In this document: positions 36,154 to 47,304 of the stretch, one piece after another
Layout: each line of letters opens with the position of its first letter
Position numbering within the stretch: the stretch's first letter is position 1
From: Lophium mytilinum
Lineage: Eukaryota
Assembly (NCBI GenBank): GCA_010093605.1
Contig: MU004204.1
Location: forward strand, 204,959 to 268,958
Reading direction: 5' to 3'
Length of the DNA stretch: 64,000 nucleotides
The notes under the pieces: generated by a model
What the model was told of the DNA's origin: nothing
What the model saw: the letters and a program-made list of their open reading frames with translations, nothing else
The model's database searches: none
Position numbers and translations under genes: made by a program

Positions 36154-37595
36154 GAGTAGCACCAGCCCGTGAGAGACAAAAGCAAGCTACCCTGTCCGCC
36201 ATTCGTTTCTGTACGGCTTGTCAGGGCCAGAAGTACCGTTGTCAGAATTGACAAACGCCTAACGCCGGTAGTCCCCGCAGACTCGGCAGATTAGTAATTG
36301 GAGAGTTTGTTGGTGTGGAAAAGGAGTGGACTGGCGAAGCCTAATGGAGACCAAAAGAGTGCGGGATTATGAGCGATCACAAAACAGGTATATGAGTCGT
36401 CGTGTGTGCAACTGAAGGGACAGACGAATGGTCGCAGGGAACTCAAGAGCCACTTGCTGACTGTCGAGCCCAAAGGGGTGGGCCGAGAGTGATGAAATGG
36501 TGTGGCTGGCGACGTGGAGTTGCACGAACGGGAATGCGCCACTCCCGCCGCAGGTCGACCGTGATGCAGACACTGACGTAGGCCGGCAGCAGTCTTCCGC
36601 GAAGCCAAGGCGGCTACGGCACGCAGGCTGGAGAACAGGAGTGGACGGGGAAGCTCGATTCCAAAAGCAATATGGAAGCAGTGGTTCCAAAAAGGGTTGC
36701 AAGTCAGAAGCAAGAGGAGGCTTGGCGAAAGTAAAAGGACAACTACCAGGACCAGTAGAGAGCGACGAACAGGCACAGAAGCGTGCGGCGGGCGGGAGAC
36801 GGTGGGCATTTGAGGGCTGAGTAAGGACTGCGTTTCGCTGACCTGGCTGATGATCCGCTTGGTAATGAGAACACGACATGGGCCCACGCGCTGCTGATGC
36901 TCAGCGGCTGCTCAGGGAGGTTTCCATCATGGCCTTCTGCAAGCAGTATGGCGGCACCAGAAGACGGTAGTCGGCTTGTTACTGCGGCATAGAGTGCCCG
37001 GCGGATGCTTGGAATCTGTGTGATGAGGACCCCCGGGCATTCCGAGTGTTATTTTCTGGAAGGGCCGTCCTGGCGTGCTAGCGGATATAAGAGAGTGCCA
37101 CAGCAACTCCAGCCGGAGACAAGACTGTGTCTAATGGGCCAGGGCTCAAGCTGGGCAGAGGAGCGCGCAATGGTTGACGGCGTGAAAGTGCCAGGGTGCT
37201 TTATTCCCACATAATGCTGAGTAAGATGGGAGCTTCGGCCGATATATGTACGACGTTATCACCAGCACTGCACAGTTAAGGACTTGTCAAACAAGCTTTT
37301 GCGAGACGAAAACAGTGTGTATCAGTGCATATTTGCTTCTTAGTAGCTTGGAGGTATAACATCTCCTGCTTGACGCCCTTGTCCACATTCGTACAGCCCA
37401 ATTCTGATAGAGTGCTATGTGCGGCCATGTTGCTTACTGAATGCTGCATCAAAGCTCTCCGAGTAACCGCCCACACAGGCGCCAGGGGTGGTGTTGCTGC
37501 TGTCCAAACTCTATACTGGCAGTACGTAATTCTCCGCTACAAGTATGCAACAGACAGCATCCCAGCCCAGTCGGAGCAGAGGATACCCCATCAGA

Positions 37596-39224
37596 CTAGC
37601 CGCGCCACGATTCGTAGCCGTCCTGTGCAACCACTAGGTGGGAACCGATATCCTCAGCTATGGCAAGCAAGCCTTGCTCGATCCATTCTCTCTCTTTTGA
37701 CACAACATCTGTCTCTACCTTGCGCATCATCCCCAGCTGCTGCAGCATGCTGTCCAGTAATGCTCGACAGCTGTCGACCATGACCGCGATACTTGACCCG
37801 GGTGTTGGATCGGTCAACTGCTCAACATCGCGTGAGAATGCAATCACCTTGCGTAGCAATGCTTCATTCTCAGCCACCCATTCATCTCCAATTCCTTCGG
37901 CGGAGCTAAGATCCATCTTCCCAGTCTCGCGTCCCTTTTCCCTATTCTCCCAGAGTTCTTCTACCCAGGTGATCCAGTCCTCGAATTCTTCGACGTGCTG
38001 CCGAAATCGACCGCCCGCATCGCCCAAACGAGGCAGTTCGTGGAGAGGGCCCGAAAGTAGCTGCAGGTTCTCTGCAAGCGCAAACGAGCTGCTGCCACTA
38101 GTCCATTCTTGCAAAGCGAGCAGATTTGCGTGTTCCTGGACCTGTCGTTCGTTATCTCGCATGACTTGGCGCAGGCTCGCTACTTCATCGAACTTCCTAT
38201 GCAACGCCCTCTTGGCACTCGTGCGCCATTGCTGACTACACGCTTCCGACGATTCATGCAGGAGGTTAAGCTGCAGTAGTTCGGCTTGAAGCCGCAACAC
38301 TTCAAACGGTAATCCATTCGTAGAAGGGTCGGGGGCTGCAGGGTGGATGAAAGTCGACGTTGCCGCTTTCCCCGTCTTCCTTGGCGTGAAATGCTGCTGC
38401 AGTGTTGAAAATGCCGGTCGGGTTCGCTTCAAGGGGTCTTCTTTCGACACCTCCCGACGACGTGTATTAGACGTGGCATGCAGAGGTTCCGTGTCCGTGG
38501 TCTTGGTAGAGCCCGCACTTTCAGGCCTCTCGGGCTTAGATGCAGCACTTGCAGTACTTGCAGTACTTGCAGGGCGCTGAATCCCGGTCTGCATGGATGC
38601 AATCCTCTGCGAGGTCCTAGTGCCGCTAGATTTCTCTTCCACAGGCGCACTAGCTTTTCGCAAATGAGAAGTTGGCTTTAGGGTAGCAGACGGTTCTCTC
38701 AGTCTGTCATTAAAAGTTCCAGCTGCCGTATTGTTGGCCGCAGAGGCTGAAGGGAGATGTGCTGATCCATTCCTGAGATGCATGCGGCTGGATGGTTTTG
38801 ACGGCTGCGTTGTAGGGGTGGGTCTACGCAGTGATAGAGACCTTCCAATTCCCGATGGAGGTAGCATAGCAGTCTTCTTAACCGGCTCAGATGTCTCGAG
38901 GACTTGGGACCTTCGTTTTGACTCAATAGCCTCTTGTTTTGGCGGAGCGGTCTGGTACATTGACTGTGGTCGTGGTCGAGCAGCCCTCTCCGGGCCAGAC
39001 AGATCGCGGCGTGCTGCGTTCATGCTTGTAGTACCAATGCTATTGGAGCTAGTGGCTTCAATACCAGTTGAAGGTTCAGGTTGCTGTGTCTCTTCCCCAG
39101 ATCCACTCCGTAAATTTATAGACCTCGTTTCACGTCTTTGTGGGAGTAGACTAGCTCTCTTCGCTGCTTGATCCTGACGCTGTGGTATACCCGAAGGTTG
39201 TGGTAGACGAGTGGGTGACTGCAT
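37596..39224 (-). CDS. 542-aa protein: basic disordered N-terminus plus helical C-terminus; candidate augmin HAUS8/Aug8-like
   Basis: Intronless ATG ORF; RPAFSTLQQHFTPRK motif followed by a coiled-coil region. The family call is inference only. Confidence 0.8.
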   Translation of the reverse strand: MQSPTRLPQPSGIPQRQDQAAKRASLLPQRRETRSINLRSGSGEETQQPEPSTGIEATSSNSIGTTSMNAARRDLSGPERAARPRPQSMYQTAPPKQEAIESKRRSQVLETSEPVKKTAMLPPSGIGRSLSLRRPTPTTQPSKPSSRMHLRNGSAHLPSASAANNTAAGTFNDRLREPSATLKPTSHLRKASAPVEEKSSGTRTSQRIASMQTGIQRPASTASTASAASKPERPESAGSTKTTDTEPLHATSNTRRREVSKEDPLKRTRPAFSTLQQHFTPRKTGKAATSTFIHPAAPDPSTNGLPFEVLRLQAELLQLNLLHESSEACSQQWRTSAKRALHRKFDEVASLRQVMRDNERQVQEHANLLALQEWTSGSSSFALAENLQLLSGPLHELPRLGDAGGRFRQHVEEFEDWITWVEELWENREKGRETGKMDLSSAEGIGDEWVAENEALLRKVIAFSRDVEQLTDPTPGSSIAVMVDSCRALLDSMLQQLGMMRKVETDVVSKEREWIEQGLLAIAEDIGSHLVVAQDGYESWRG

Positions 39225-39794
39225 GTCTTTTGAGCTAGAGTCTGGGTCCGAAGGGTCTGAGGGCTTGTTGACTCGAGGTCTCGGTGCAGCAAGCTTCTGT
39301 GCGGTGAATCAGCGCCTGGGAACAATAACAGAGCAACAGACGCTGGTCAAACTCACCTCTGTTGCACGACCACCATCCCGGCTTACGCTGGACTCATATC
39401 TGAGCCGCAGCGAGGACGAGGGTGGCTGTATAGGCATTTTGGTGGTACGCAAACGTTTGTTTATTTGTTGCAAGTCGCGAGTTGGAGATAAGTCGGCTTT
39501 AACTATCGGTCTTGGCAAATACGAAAACGGAACAGCCTTTCACTGAATCATCACTTGAACATAGCATGTAAAGCCTTTGATGCTGTAGTTTGTATTTGGT
39601 TCGACGTCAGTTGTGAACTATGATCACCATCGCAAGCGACACTGTCCTTTCCCCTCATCTATGAACCAGAGAAGCAAACTTGCCTCCCGTGTGAATTGGA
39701 TATCGCTGTGCTATCGCACAAAATCATTGCCCCCAAACTCCGTGGCTGTCGTCCATGCCCCATGCTGTCGTGATGTCGTGTCGTGGTGTGGATA

Positions 39795-40583
39795 TCAGAG
39801 ACTACCACGACGTGCAGGGAAGGCGACACCTTCCACGGCGGGATAGTCGACGAACCAGCTCACTCGTTCTTGACCCAGACCGTTGACAAGTCCGCATGGC
39901 AGCTGATGACCCTCCTCCGTATCAAATATCTGCCTCATGATCTCCTTCTTGCCAGCACCAGTAGCAACGAATCCGATCTTGATGCCGTGTCCGGCAACGG
40001 GAAGAGAGAGGGTGATTCGCTTCGGCGGGGGCTTTGGAGAGTCGCTGATCGGAAGAACCCACGCACTGTCGTCTCGTAGAAGAGGGGAGCCCGGGAACAA
40101 GCTGCAGGTATGGCCGTCGGGACCGCAACCGAGAAGGAGTAGGTCGAACATTGGGGTCCTAACGCTATCTCTGGCGGCGAATGACCGCACCAGGGTCTGC
40201 TCGTACTGATCGGCCATTTCCTGGATATCGTCCAGATACTTCACATCAATCGGATGCACGATGGGAGTGCCTAGCTCCGTCGGGATCTTGTCGAGCAATT
40301 CCTCCTTGACAGCCTTGTAGTTGCTATCATCATGATCGAGAGGTACCGCACGTTCGTCAGCGAAGAAAATCTCCCATTTCGAGAAATCGAGAGGATTGTC
40401 GCCATCGACCTTTCCGAGCAGTGCCTTTGCGAGGACTTTGGGAAGAGATCCGCCAGAGACGCCGACCCTGAAGATGCCGTGACGGTCGAGTGCGGAATTT
40501 TGGGCGTCAATGACGAACGCGCGGAGACCGACTGCGAGCTCATCGGCCGTGTTGAAGGCAAAGAGATTTGGAGGCTTTCCCAT
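39795..40583 (-). CDS. 6-phosphogluconolactonase (Sol1/Sol3 family)
   Basis: VSGGSLP, WEIFFADERAVPLDHDDSNY, FDLLLLGCGPDGHTCSLFPG, DSPKPPPKRITLSLP. Confidence 0.96.
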   Translation of the reverse strand: MGKPPNLFAFNTADELAVGLRAFVIDAQNSALDRHGIFRVGVSGGSLPKVLAKALLGKVDGDNPLDFSKWEIFFADERAVPLDHDDSNYKAVKEELLDKIPTELGTPIVHPIDVKYLDDIQEMADQYEQTLVRSFAARDSVRTPMFDLLLLGCGPDGHTCSLFPGSPLLRDDSAWVLPISDSPKPPPKRITLSLPVAGHGIKIGFVATGAGKKEIMRQIFDTEEGHQLPCGLVNGLGQERVSWFVDYPAVEGVAFPARRGSL

Positions 40584-41579
40584 TGTTGCGGTGCGGATCG
40601 AGGATGAGATGGTGTGGTACGTGTAAGTTGTTCAGGGTAAAGTGGAAGTGGGATGGTGGGAGGGAAATGTGGTGGATGATCGCCCTACAACTTTGACATC
40701 ACAAACCGGCGGGGAGGGCGGCCCTCGCGCGAAACATCTTCGGCAAATCACAGCACAGCCCAATCACCACACACCCGCCGTGACGGTAAGCTGTCTTCGG
40801 GCATCTATGGGTCACTGAAGGATCCAAACGGATTCACTCCGTCGAAGCCCGCAGACGGCCCGGATTCCGGTCTGTGAAAGCTTGTCTTTGGTGGCAGGAG
40901 CCTTCACGGTGGCCTCTATGGGACGCACAAAGCGCTGCCCTCTCAAATTGATATCTGCATAGTGGGGCATGATCTTTCGTATGTCTGCATGCTCGTACAT
41001 CACCCCAGGCCTTCTATGGATAACAACCTAGAAGCACATTTCTGCCTAGCAGGCGAGGCGCATGGTGGCACAGGTGTGCAGTGGCTTAGATTAGGTAGAT
41101 CAATCGTTCCGCGGAGTTTAGGAGTCCACTAAATCAGCCGATTTGATATCCATGGTTTGCGTGTACCGGAGCCTCCATAGAACTGGAACTATGACTCCAT
41201 AACCCGATTTCCGGGATACAATTTACAGCTGATAAACAGACGACATCCGTACCAAGCTTCAGGCTTTCACATGACTTGATGAGAGCACCTATTTCCGAAG
41301 ACTTTTATTTTGTGACCTAATGTAGTAATTTTAAAGCAAATTGTTTTCAGCGTCTAGATGCAGTACCCCTTAAGGCAACCTTCAATTAAGAGCATGCTCT
41401 TAAGAGTCTAGAGTTCCCTAGGAAGATGGCTGTTGGTTCCCTTCAGCTCCTGATAGGGCGGTATATAGTTTTGTGTAGTCAACGCCCTGTGTGAACGCCG
41501 ACTCCCAACTGTTGCTTTGCTAAGGCACCTGTACTACAACTATATCTACCAGCCGTGACAAGATCATGCAACCTACAGT

Positions 41580-42177
41580 TTATGTAGGCCGGCTCTCTTT
41601 CAATCGCTCAGTCTTCTGCCACTCCTTCAGCTCAGCCTGGAACACCTCTTTCCTTGCCAAATATCCCTCGTGCTTCCGGCACCTATTCCACACCTCCCTA
41701 AACAACTCCGATGCCTCCAGCTTCTCAGCCGCGCCCTTATGCGTCCCACTCTTCGCCAACTCTTCCCCAGTGTCTTTATCATACTTCCTCCCGCCCGCAT
41801 GATTCGCATACCGTTTCGCACGCGTCATGCCCTGCAATCATCAGCGTGAGCATCACCGTCTAAGAATGCATTGTGACCAGAGTGAAGCCCAGGCATCATA
41901 TATCCAGAGAGAGGCAGTGTGAACACACCATTTGTAGAAACTTCCGGCACATATCCATACCCACAAAGTCGCCCGCCTCGTCGTATGCCTCAAACCGCTC
42001 CCATATATCCTGGGCGCTTTTCCGTGCGAGAGTAGGCGTACGGAAGCGCCAGAGGGGGAGTATGGTGGATTTGTAGGGCTCGAAAGTCAGGACGCCTTGT
42101 TCACCGCGGCCGATGCGGTAGCTCATGCGGAGAGCTTTCGAGGTGGAGGAACTGGTAGGGGGAGGTGTATGCTTCAT
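41580..42177 (-). CDS. DUF4385-family protein, 2 exons
   Basis: YRIGRGEQGVLTFEPYKS.ILPLWRF, DFVGMDMCRKFLQM then intron then GMTRAKRYANHAGGRKY. Confidence 0.88.
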
Positions 42178-42759
42178 TGTGAATTGTATATCGAGACATG
42201 GACATTCATCGGTAGGAAGTATATAGGTGAAACTACATGTTGAAGCACTTCCGTCGAGGGCAAAGATGTGATGTTGGCGGTCATTAAAGGCCTGGGTCGG
42301 GAGGGCTTTTAGCGTCTCCGCATGACGCAATGCAAGTCTGTAGTTACACGTATCAGCATCAAGTTCCAATATTTCGAAGAGAGAAAGCTGATTGCTTTGG
42401 AGGGTTACCTGAACGCGAAGCAGTTGGGCGCGAAGGTTAGCCTGTAGTAGTCGTGACGCGTTGTGCCTACAACATCAACAACGAGTTGCAGTCAGGGATA
42501 AATCCTAGAGCATGGAGACTATGGAGTGGCTAAAAGCAGCATCACTCGAACAGGAGAGCACGGTATGCATTCGTTTTTTTCGGTGTCGAAGATGGGTAAC
42601 AGGAGCATAAAGCGGTACCTAGGGCTAGGAGGTGAGTGATCTTATTTTACCTACGGCCAAGACACGCTAAGCCGGGCCCCCCAAGCAACATCTCACCATC
42701 CGATGTTGCTCCGACTTGCACAAATTGTCTTAGGAAAACACCGGGAGGGTGCTCTAAGA

Positions 42760-43060
42760 CAGGTGGCTATTATCTTCCAAGCACTATAATATATAGCTAG
42801 GTAGTAGAGAGTTAGCTCTAAGCAAGCCTCTATACTCTCTTAAGAGAGGGGGTGCTAAGGTCTATCTTACTAAGGTCTATAGTAGCTTTATAGTGTGCTG
42901 CCGTAGATAGTTGCACCTTCATATTGAATATGCTGGCTAGATAGACATATTCTAACGGCAGGCCTAGGGTTCTTTTAATCTGGGGGGCAGATAATACCTT
43001 AAAGAACCTCTAGCGCAGTGGTAGTAGTGACAAACTAAGGCGGTAGATAACAATCTCTTA
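42760..43060. other. TpA-rich, CpA-poor tract resembling RIP-mutated repeat relic
   Basis: Dense TAG/CTA/TATA words (ctataatatatagctaggtagtagagagttagctctaag); ctaaggtctat duplicated. Confidence 0.5.
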
Positions 43061-43646
43061 CTACGGAGACGCGTCCTTGTCGGAAACAACGCGCAGGTGG
43101 TGATGCATGGAATATCTCTGCATAGATTTATGCGCTGCTAGGCCCCCCTTGCAAGTGCCCCGCGCCGGTGTTCTTGGCCGTAGGTAAAATAAGATCACTC
43201 CTAGGAGGTAGCTGTCATGCGGCGAAGCCCACCAGCCGCCCCGCCTCCTTGCAAGCCGATCCCGATCATCCACTCAGCTATGACCAATGGCACTTTCGTC
43301 CTCAGGGCAACGATTGTCGTACATTTCTTCGGCCGGCTCAGCAGTCCTAGGCTTATATTCATTGCAGTCAACTGATTGTAACGATCCGGCTTGCGGACGA
43401 CTAAGCAATGGCAAAACTGCTGGTCGCTACAACAACACGACTGATACTGCGTCGGACACGAGCTACACAACTCAAAACACTCCACACTAGCATTACTTCG
43501 AAACCCCAGAGCCGAAAGAACCGTCACTATTCTCCGTACCTAATCAAACCCATAGATATCACCTGGTGAGTTCAGTTCTTTCCATTTCTCCTCATCATCT
43601 GTACTGACTTCTCAGGGACAAATGGGATGGGAAAACCTGGGACTCC

Positions 43647-44687
43647 ATGAGCTGGGTCTGGGGTACACGACGCCGAAAGGAGAGCCTGGACGAGGACATC
43701 AGAAAGCTCGAAGAAGCGAAATACCTCTTCGACTCGGGACCCATAGACAAACAACAAATCCGACAATATGAAATCGCTATACTGCGGGGTCAACTCGCTT
43801 CTTCACAATATTCCGATAGATTCTCTCGCATCGCGGATGATTTTTCAATCATTCTACGCCTCCTGAATACTTCTAGATTTAGCCAGTTGAGATACTTAGT
43901 GGGAAGAGCTGACATTAATGACCGCTTCGACCTCATGGTGGCTATCAAACGGTTTAGGGCGTTTTCTGACTGCACTTACATGCAAGATATCAACCCTATA
44001 TTCTACCGCGAGAGATTAGCTTACGAAAAAGCAAACTCCTAAAGAGGCTTTGAGGAGGACTTCATACGGTTGGAAATCATGCATATCCAGTTCGACCTGC
44101 AGCAACCTTACGCCAACAAGAAGGATCTTAAATGGAGACTAAAGGAACAGAAAGAGCGCCACAGGAGAATCGCGAAGGAAAAAACACACTTCGTTATCCA
44201 GAGCCGTCTAAATGAGCGTTCACAGGACCGAAGACGCCTTTTACTTTACGCAGCCACAGATGCTATTTGGCACCAGATTGTTACAATTAGTCCATTAGCG
44301 ATCAGTACCATAAACGTCGCCAAAACAATTTCGAAATACCAGGTGCGCAACCAGGCTGGCCGTATCTGGAAAACAACAGTAATTGTGAACCTGATGGGTA
44401 CGGTTGCTAGTTTACAACAGATAAGAAGTGATCTTACTAGGGACTTGAGAGGTTTAACACTAAGCATCGCGTACAACATCATGGGCATGTCAGATTCTGA
44501 GGTAGAAGAGGCTATTGACTCTGCGGAGATACGGGGCAAGCATCATCAAACAAGGCTTGCAGAGCTTCAGAAAACAGAACCAGTTCGTCGCAAGCACCCC
44601 TCGGACCTACCCCGTCAGATGCCAAAATGTCAGGGAGGGTCGCTTGAGGGCTCGGGCAGTCGCACTGTCAAATTCCACTCGATTTGA
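43647..44687 (+). pseudogene. Orphan ~346-codon helical protein interrupted by one in-frame TAA (44040-44042)
   Basis: ORFs 43647-44042 and 44070-44687 are in the same frame with 9 sense codons between them. Upstream canonical intron GTGAGT..TACTGAC..CAG (about 43566-43615). Confidence 0.5.
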
Positions 44688-45630
44688 TGTTATTGCCAAT
44701 GGTATAAAACTATCAAGATCTCAGTAGTAGTTCAGAGTGCCAGCCCAGGAAGGCTTCAACATGGTTCTAGTGTTTCTATACCGTCGACTACAACGCAGTG
44801 TTTTATAAGCACCTGCCGCGCGTCAAAATGGTTCTTTCCTCGTCTATCAGGAGACCTGACAAATTTAAAACATAGTATTTCCCTACAATCTTCGGGTCAA
44901 ACATGCTGCATTCCCATCGTCGAACGCATGTTGTGTAGCTAGATGAAGGCTGATTGGTTCACTGTCGGAGCAGCCTTGCCTGGGTCTTTCTGAATGCTGT
45001 GGAGGCCCCGCAGTTTTATTCGAGCTGCAGGGTCTCTACAGTGCATAGAAGGTGTCACCTGTCAGCCAAAGGTTTTGGCGGGGCAAGTACGAAACGTCAT
45101 GCTACATGCGGACACAACATTAATTGGACTGGGCTTTCCACTTCTGCTGATCCCACAAGTCTTCAAACAAACGACTTGCGGGCATATATACATCTGACTC
45201 ATCGCTCCCGTGCATACGCTCAGCTCTTCTTCGAAATTCCAGAGCAGCTCTATAAACCTGTCTCGCGCCCTAAGCTTGATCTCTCGCATCGACCCCAAAT
45301 CCGACCACAAATCTCAACCGCGAAACCCGAATTCTTCTGCATGATCCAGATCTTCGAGTCCGCCCTTTAATTATCTTCGTCTTCGAGTGGAAGTACAAAA
45401 ACACGACAGTCTCGCACTGTCCGGACTGTCCGCACTTCATCCCAGCCAGCAAGCTTCATCGACCCTATTTCACTATTTTTTCGCACCAAACCTCAACCTC
45501 CACGCTTCAATTTCTACTCTTCATTTTCAGACTCCCCTTTCTTCAGTCCTACGACCTTGACCGTCTTCGACCCATCTGAAAAGTCCGCCGTCCTCAGCAC
45601 CACTCCTCCTGTCCCCCAACACGCATCAAA

Positions 45631-46521
45631 ATGACCGAATGGCTAAGCCGCTGTGACCGCCCCGGCCAAACACTGGCCCAATGGGACCCCACAAAGCGCT
45701 ACAACTTCCAACCGGACTCAATCCCCTCCATCTTCAAAGACGCCATGTCAATCCGCGAAGCCGTCTACGTCGACGAGCAATCCGTGCCCCTGGCCCACGA
45801 ACTCGACGACGACGACCCCCGCAGCTTCCACTTCGTCATGTACGCCTCCATCGCTACCAAAGGCGCCTCCGCCAGCTCGCACCCCGCCGTATCCGCAGCA
45901 GAAGAAGAGCGCCGGCGCTCGATCCCGTCGGCTGTGCGCACGCCCATTGCCACGATCCGGCTGATCCCGCCCCCGCATGGTCCCAATCCGTACAAAGAAG
46001 ATCAAAAGAAGCATGAGCACCCGCACCCATGCTCGGCTCCTACTTCGCCAACGGGCGACGAGCACCCCGTCGAGCCGTATATCAAGCTAGGCCGGCTGGC
46101 GACGCTGAAGACGTTCCGCGGCGGGGGCCTGTCGCGGCAGCTGATCCGCGCGGCGCTGGACTTTGCGGCCGCGAACCCGGACCTCATCCTTGCACCGCGG
46201 TCGCCGGTGGCGCAGGAGCGGCTGAATCTGGAGCGGGTGGGGAGTCATGAAGAGAAGGAGGAGAGCAAGGGGTGGCAGGGGCTGGCGATGGTGCATGCGC
46301 AGGCGATTGTGGAGGGGCTGTGGAGGCGGCATGGGTTTGAGGAGGAGCTTTTGAGGGAGGATGGGACGGTTGAGATACCGAAGGAGGAGAGGTGGTGGGA
46401 GGAAGGGATGGAGCATTTGGCGATGTGGTGTAGGGTGCCGATTACGCATGGGAAGAAGACGCAGACGTTGGGGGGGAAGGAGGGGAAGAGTGAGTTTCAG
46501 ATGGATTGGGAGAACCTTTAG
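45631..46521 (+). CDS. GNAT-family acetyltransferase (ElaA/YjcF-like)
   Basis: IREAVYVDEQSVP..ELDDDD..SFH, IKLGRLATLKTFRGGGLSRQL (acetyl-CoA motif A), VHAQ..LWRRHGF, EEGMEH. Confidence 0.88.
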   Translation: MTEWLSRCDRPGQTLAQWDPTKRYNFQPDSIPSIFKDAMSIREAVYVDEQSVPLAHELDDDDPRSFHFVMYASIATKGASASSHPAVSAAEEERRRSIPSAVRTPIATIRLIPPPHGPNPYKEDQKKHEHPHPCSAPTSPTGDEHPVEPYIKLGRLATLKTFRGGGLSRQLIRAALDFAAANPDLILAPRSPVAQERLNLERVGSHEEKEESKGWQGLAMVHAQAIVEGLWRRHGFEEELLREDGTVEIPKEERWWEEGMEHLAMWCRVPITHGKKTQTLGGKEGKSEFQMDWENL

Positions 46522-47304
46522 GGGGTTGGTTCCGGGTGTGAGGGTCTTTCGGCCCTTTGATAGATGGGAAAAGGGTACAACATAACTTATGATTTCGATG
46601 CCCCATTCGCTGCATCGTGATATTCGGGGCTTGATAGCAATGACTTGTCTGGCCTGATATGATGCATCCCGATCTGGGCATGGCTTCTGTATTGATGGTG
46701 ACAGCGTTGAAGTAGCTTTGATGTACTGCACACATGTGTAAATACTGAACTTTCGACCCCAAGACATCTAATATACATCTAGTCCATTTTACATCCTTGA
46801 CAGCATATCATATATACTTATCTACCACTGTCTATACAATACCATCACTCCTACAGTTTCAATATTTCAGTATCCAAAATGGGAGCACTAGCCCATAGTG
46901 AGTCCTGATTGGCTTCGGCGGGATAAGGAGGCGTGCAGAGGCGAGCGAGTGATATGAGAGGGCCAAAATCTCATACTCTGCTTAATATTAGAACCTCGCC
47001 ACTACGTTTATAACAAAATATCAAGCACACAGAGACAACCCCGATTTATTCACAGCAACGCACCCCCACAATGTCAAGGTCTCACTCTCACATTTCAGAC
47101 TACTGAATTTCATATACTATAGACATCAAGACCCCATCACGGCCACAATCAGGACTTCACCCCAACGTCGCTCACACTATACGGCGCCATCAAAAAACCC
47201 ACAGCGTGGTCCCAAAATCCAACTCCCAGTGTCAAGCCCAACCCCAGCGTTAATCAAAATAACAACCTCTCCATCCCATCGGCCCTCCAGCCTCCGGGCA
47301 ACCC

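Noticed and set aside
41386..41403. Perfect 18-bp palindrome ttaagagcatgctcttaa
   Set aside because: Single copy with no associated element or recognisable site; no function can be assigned.
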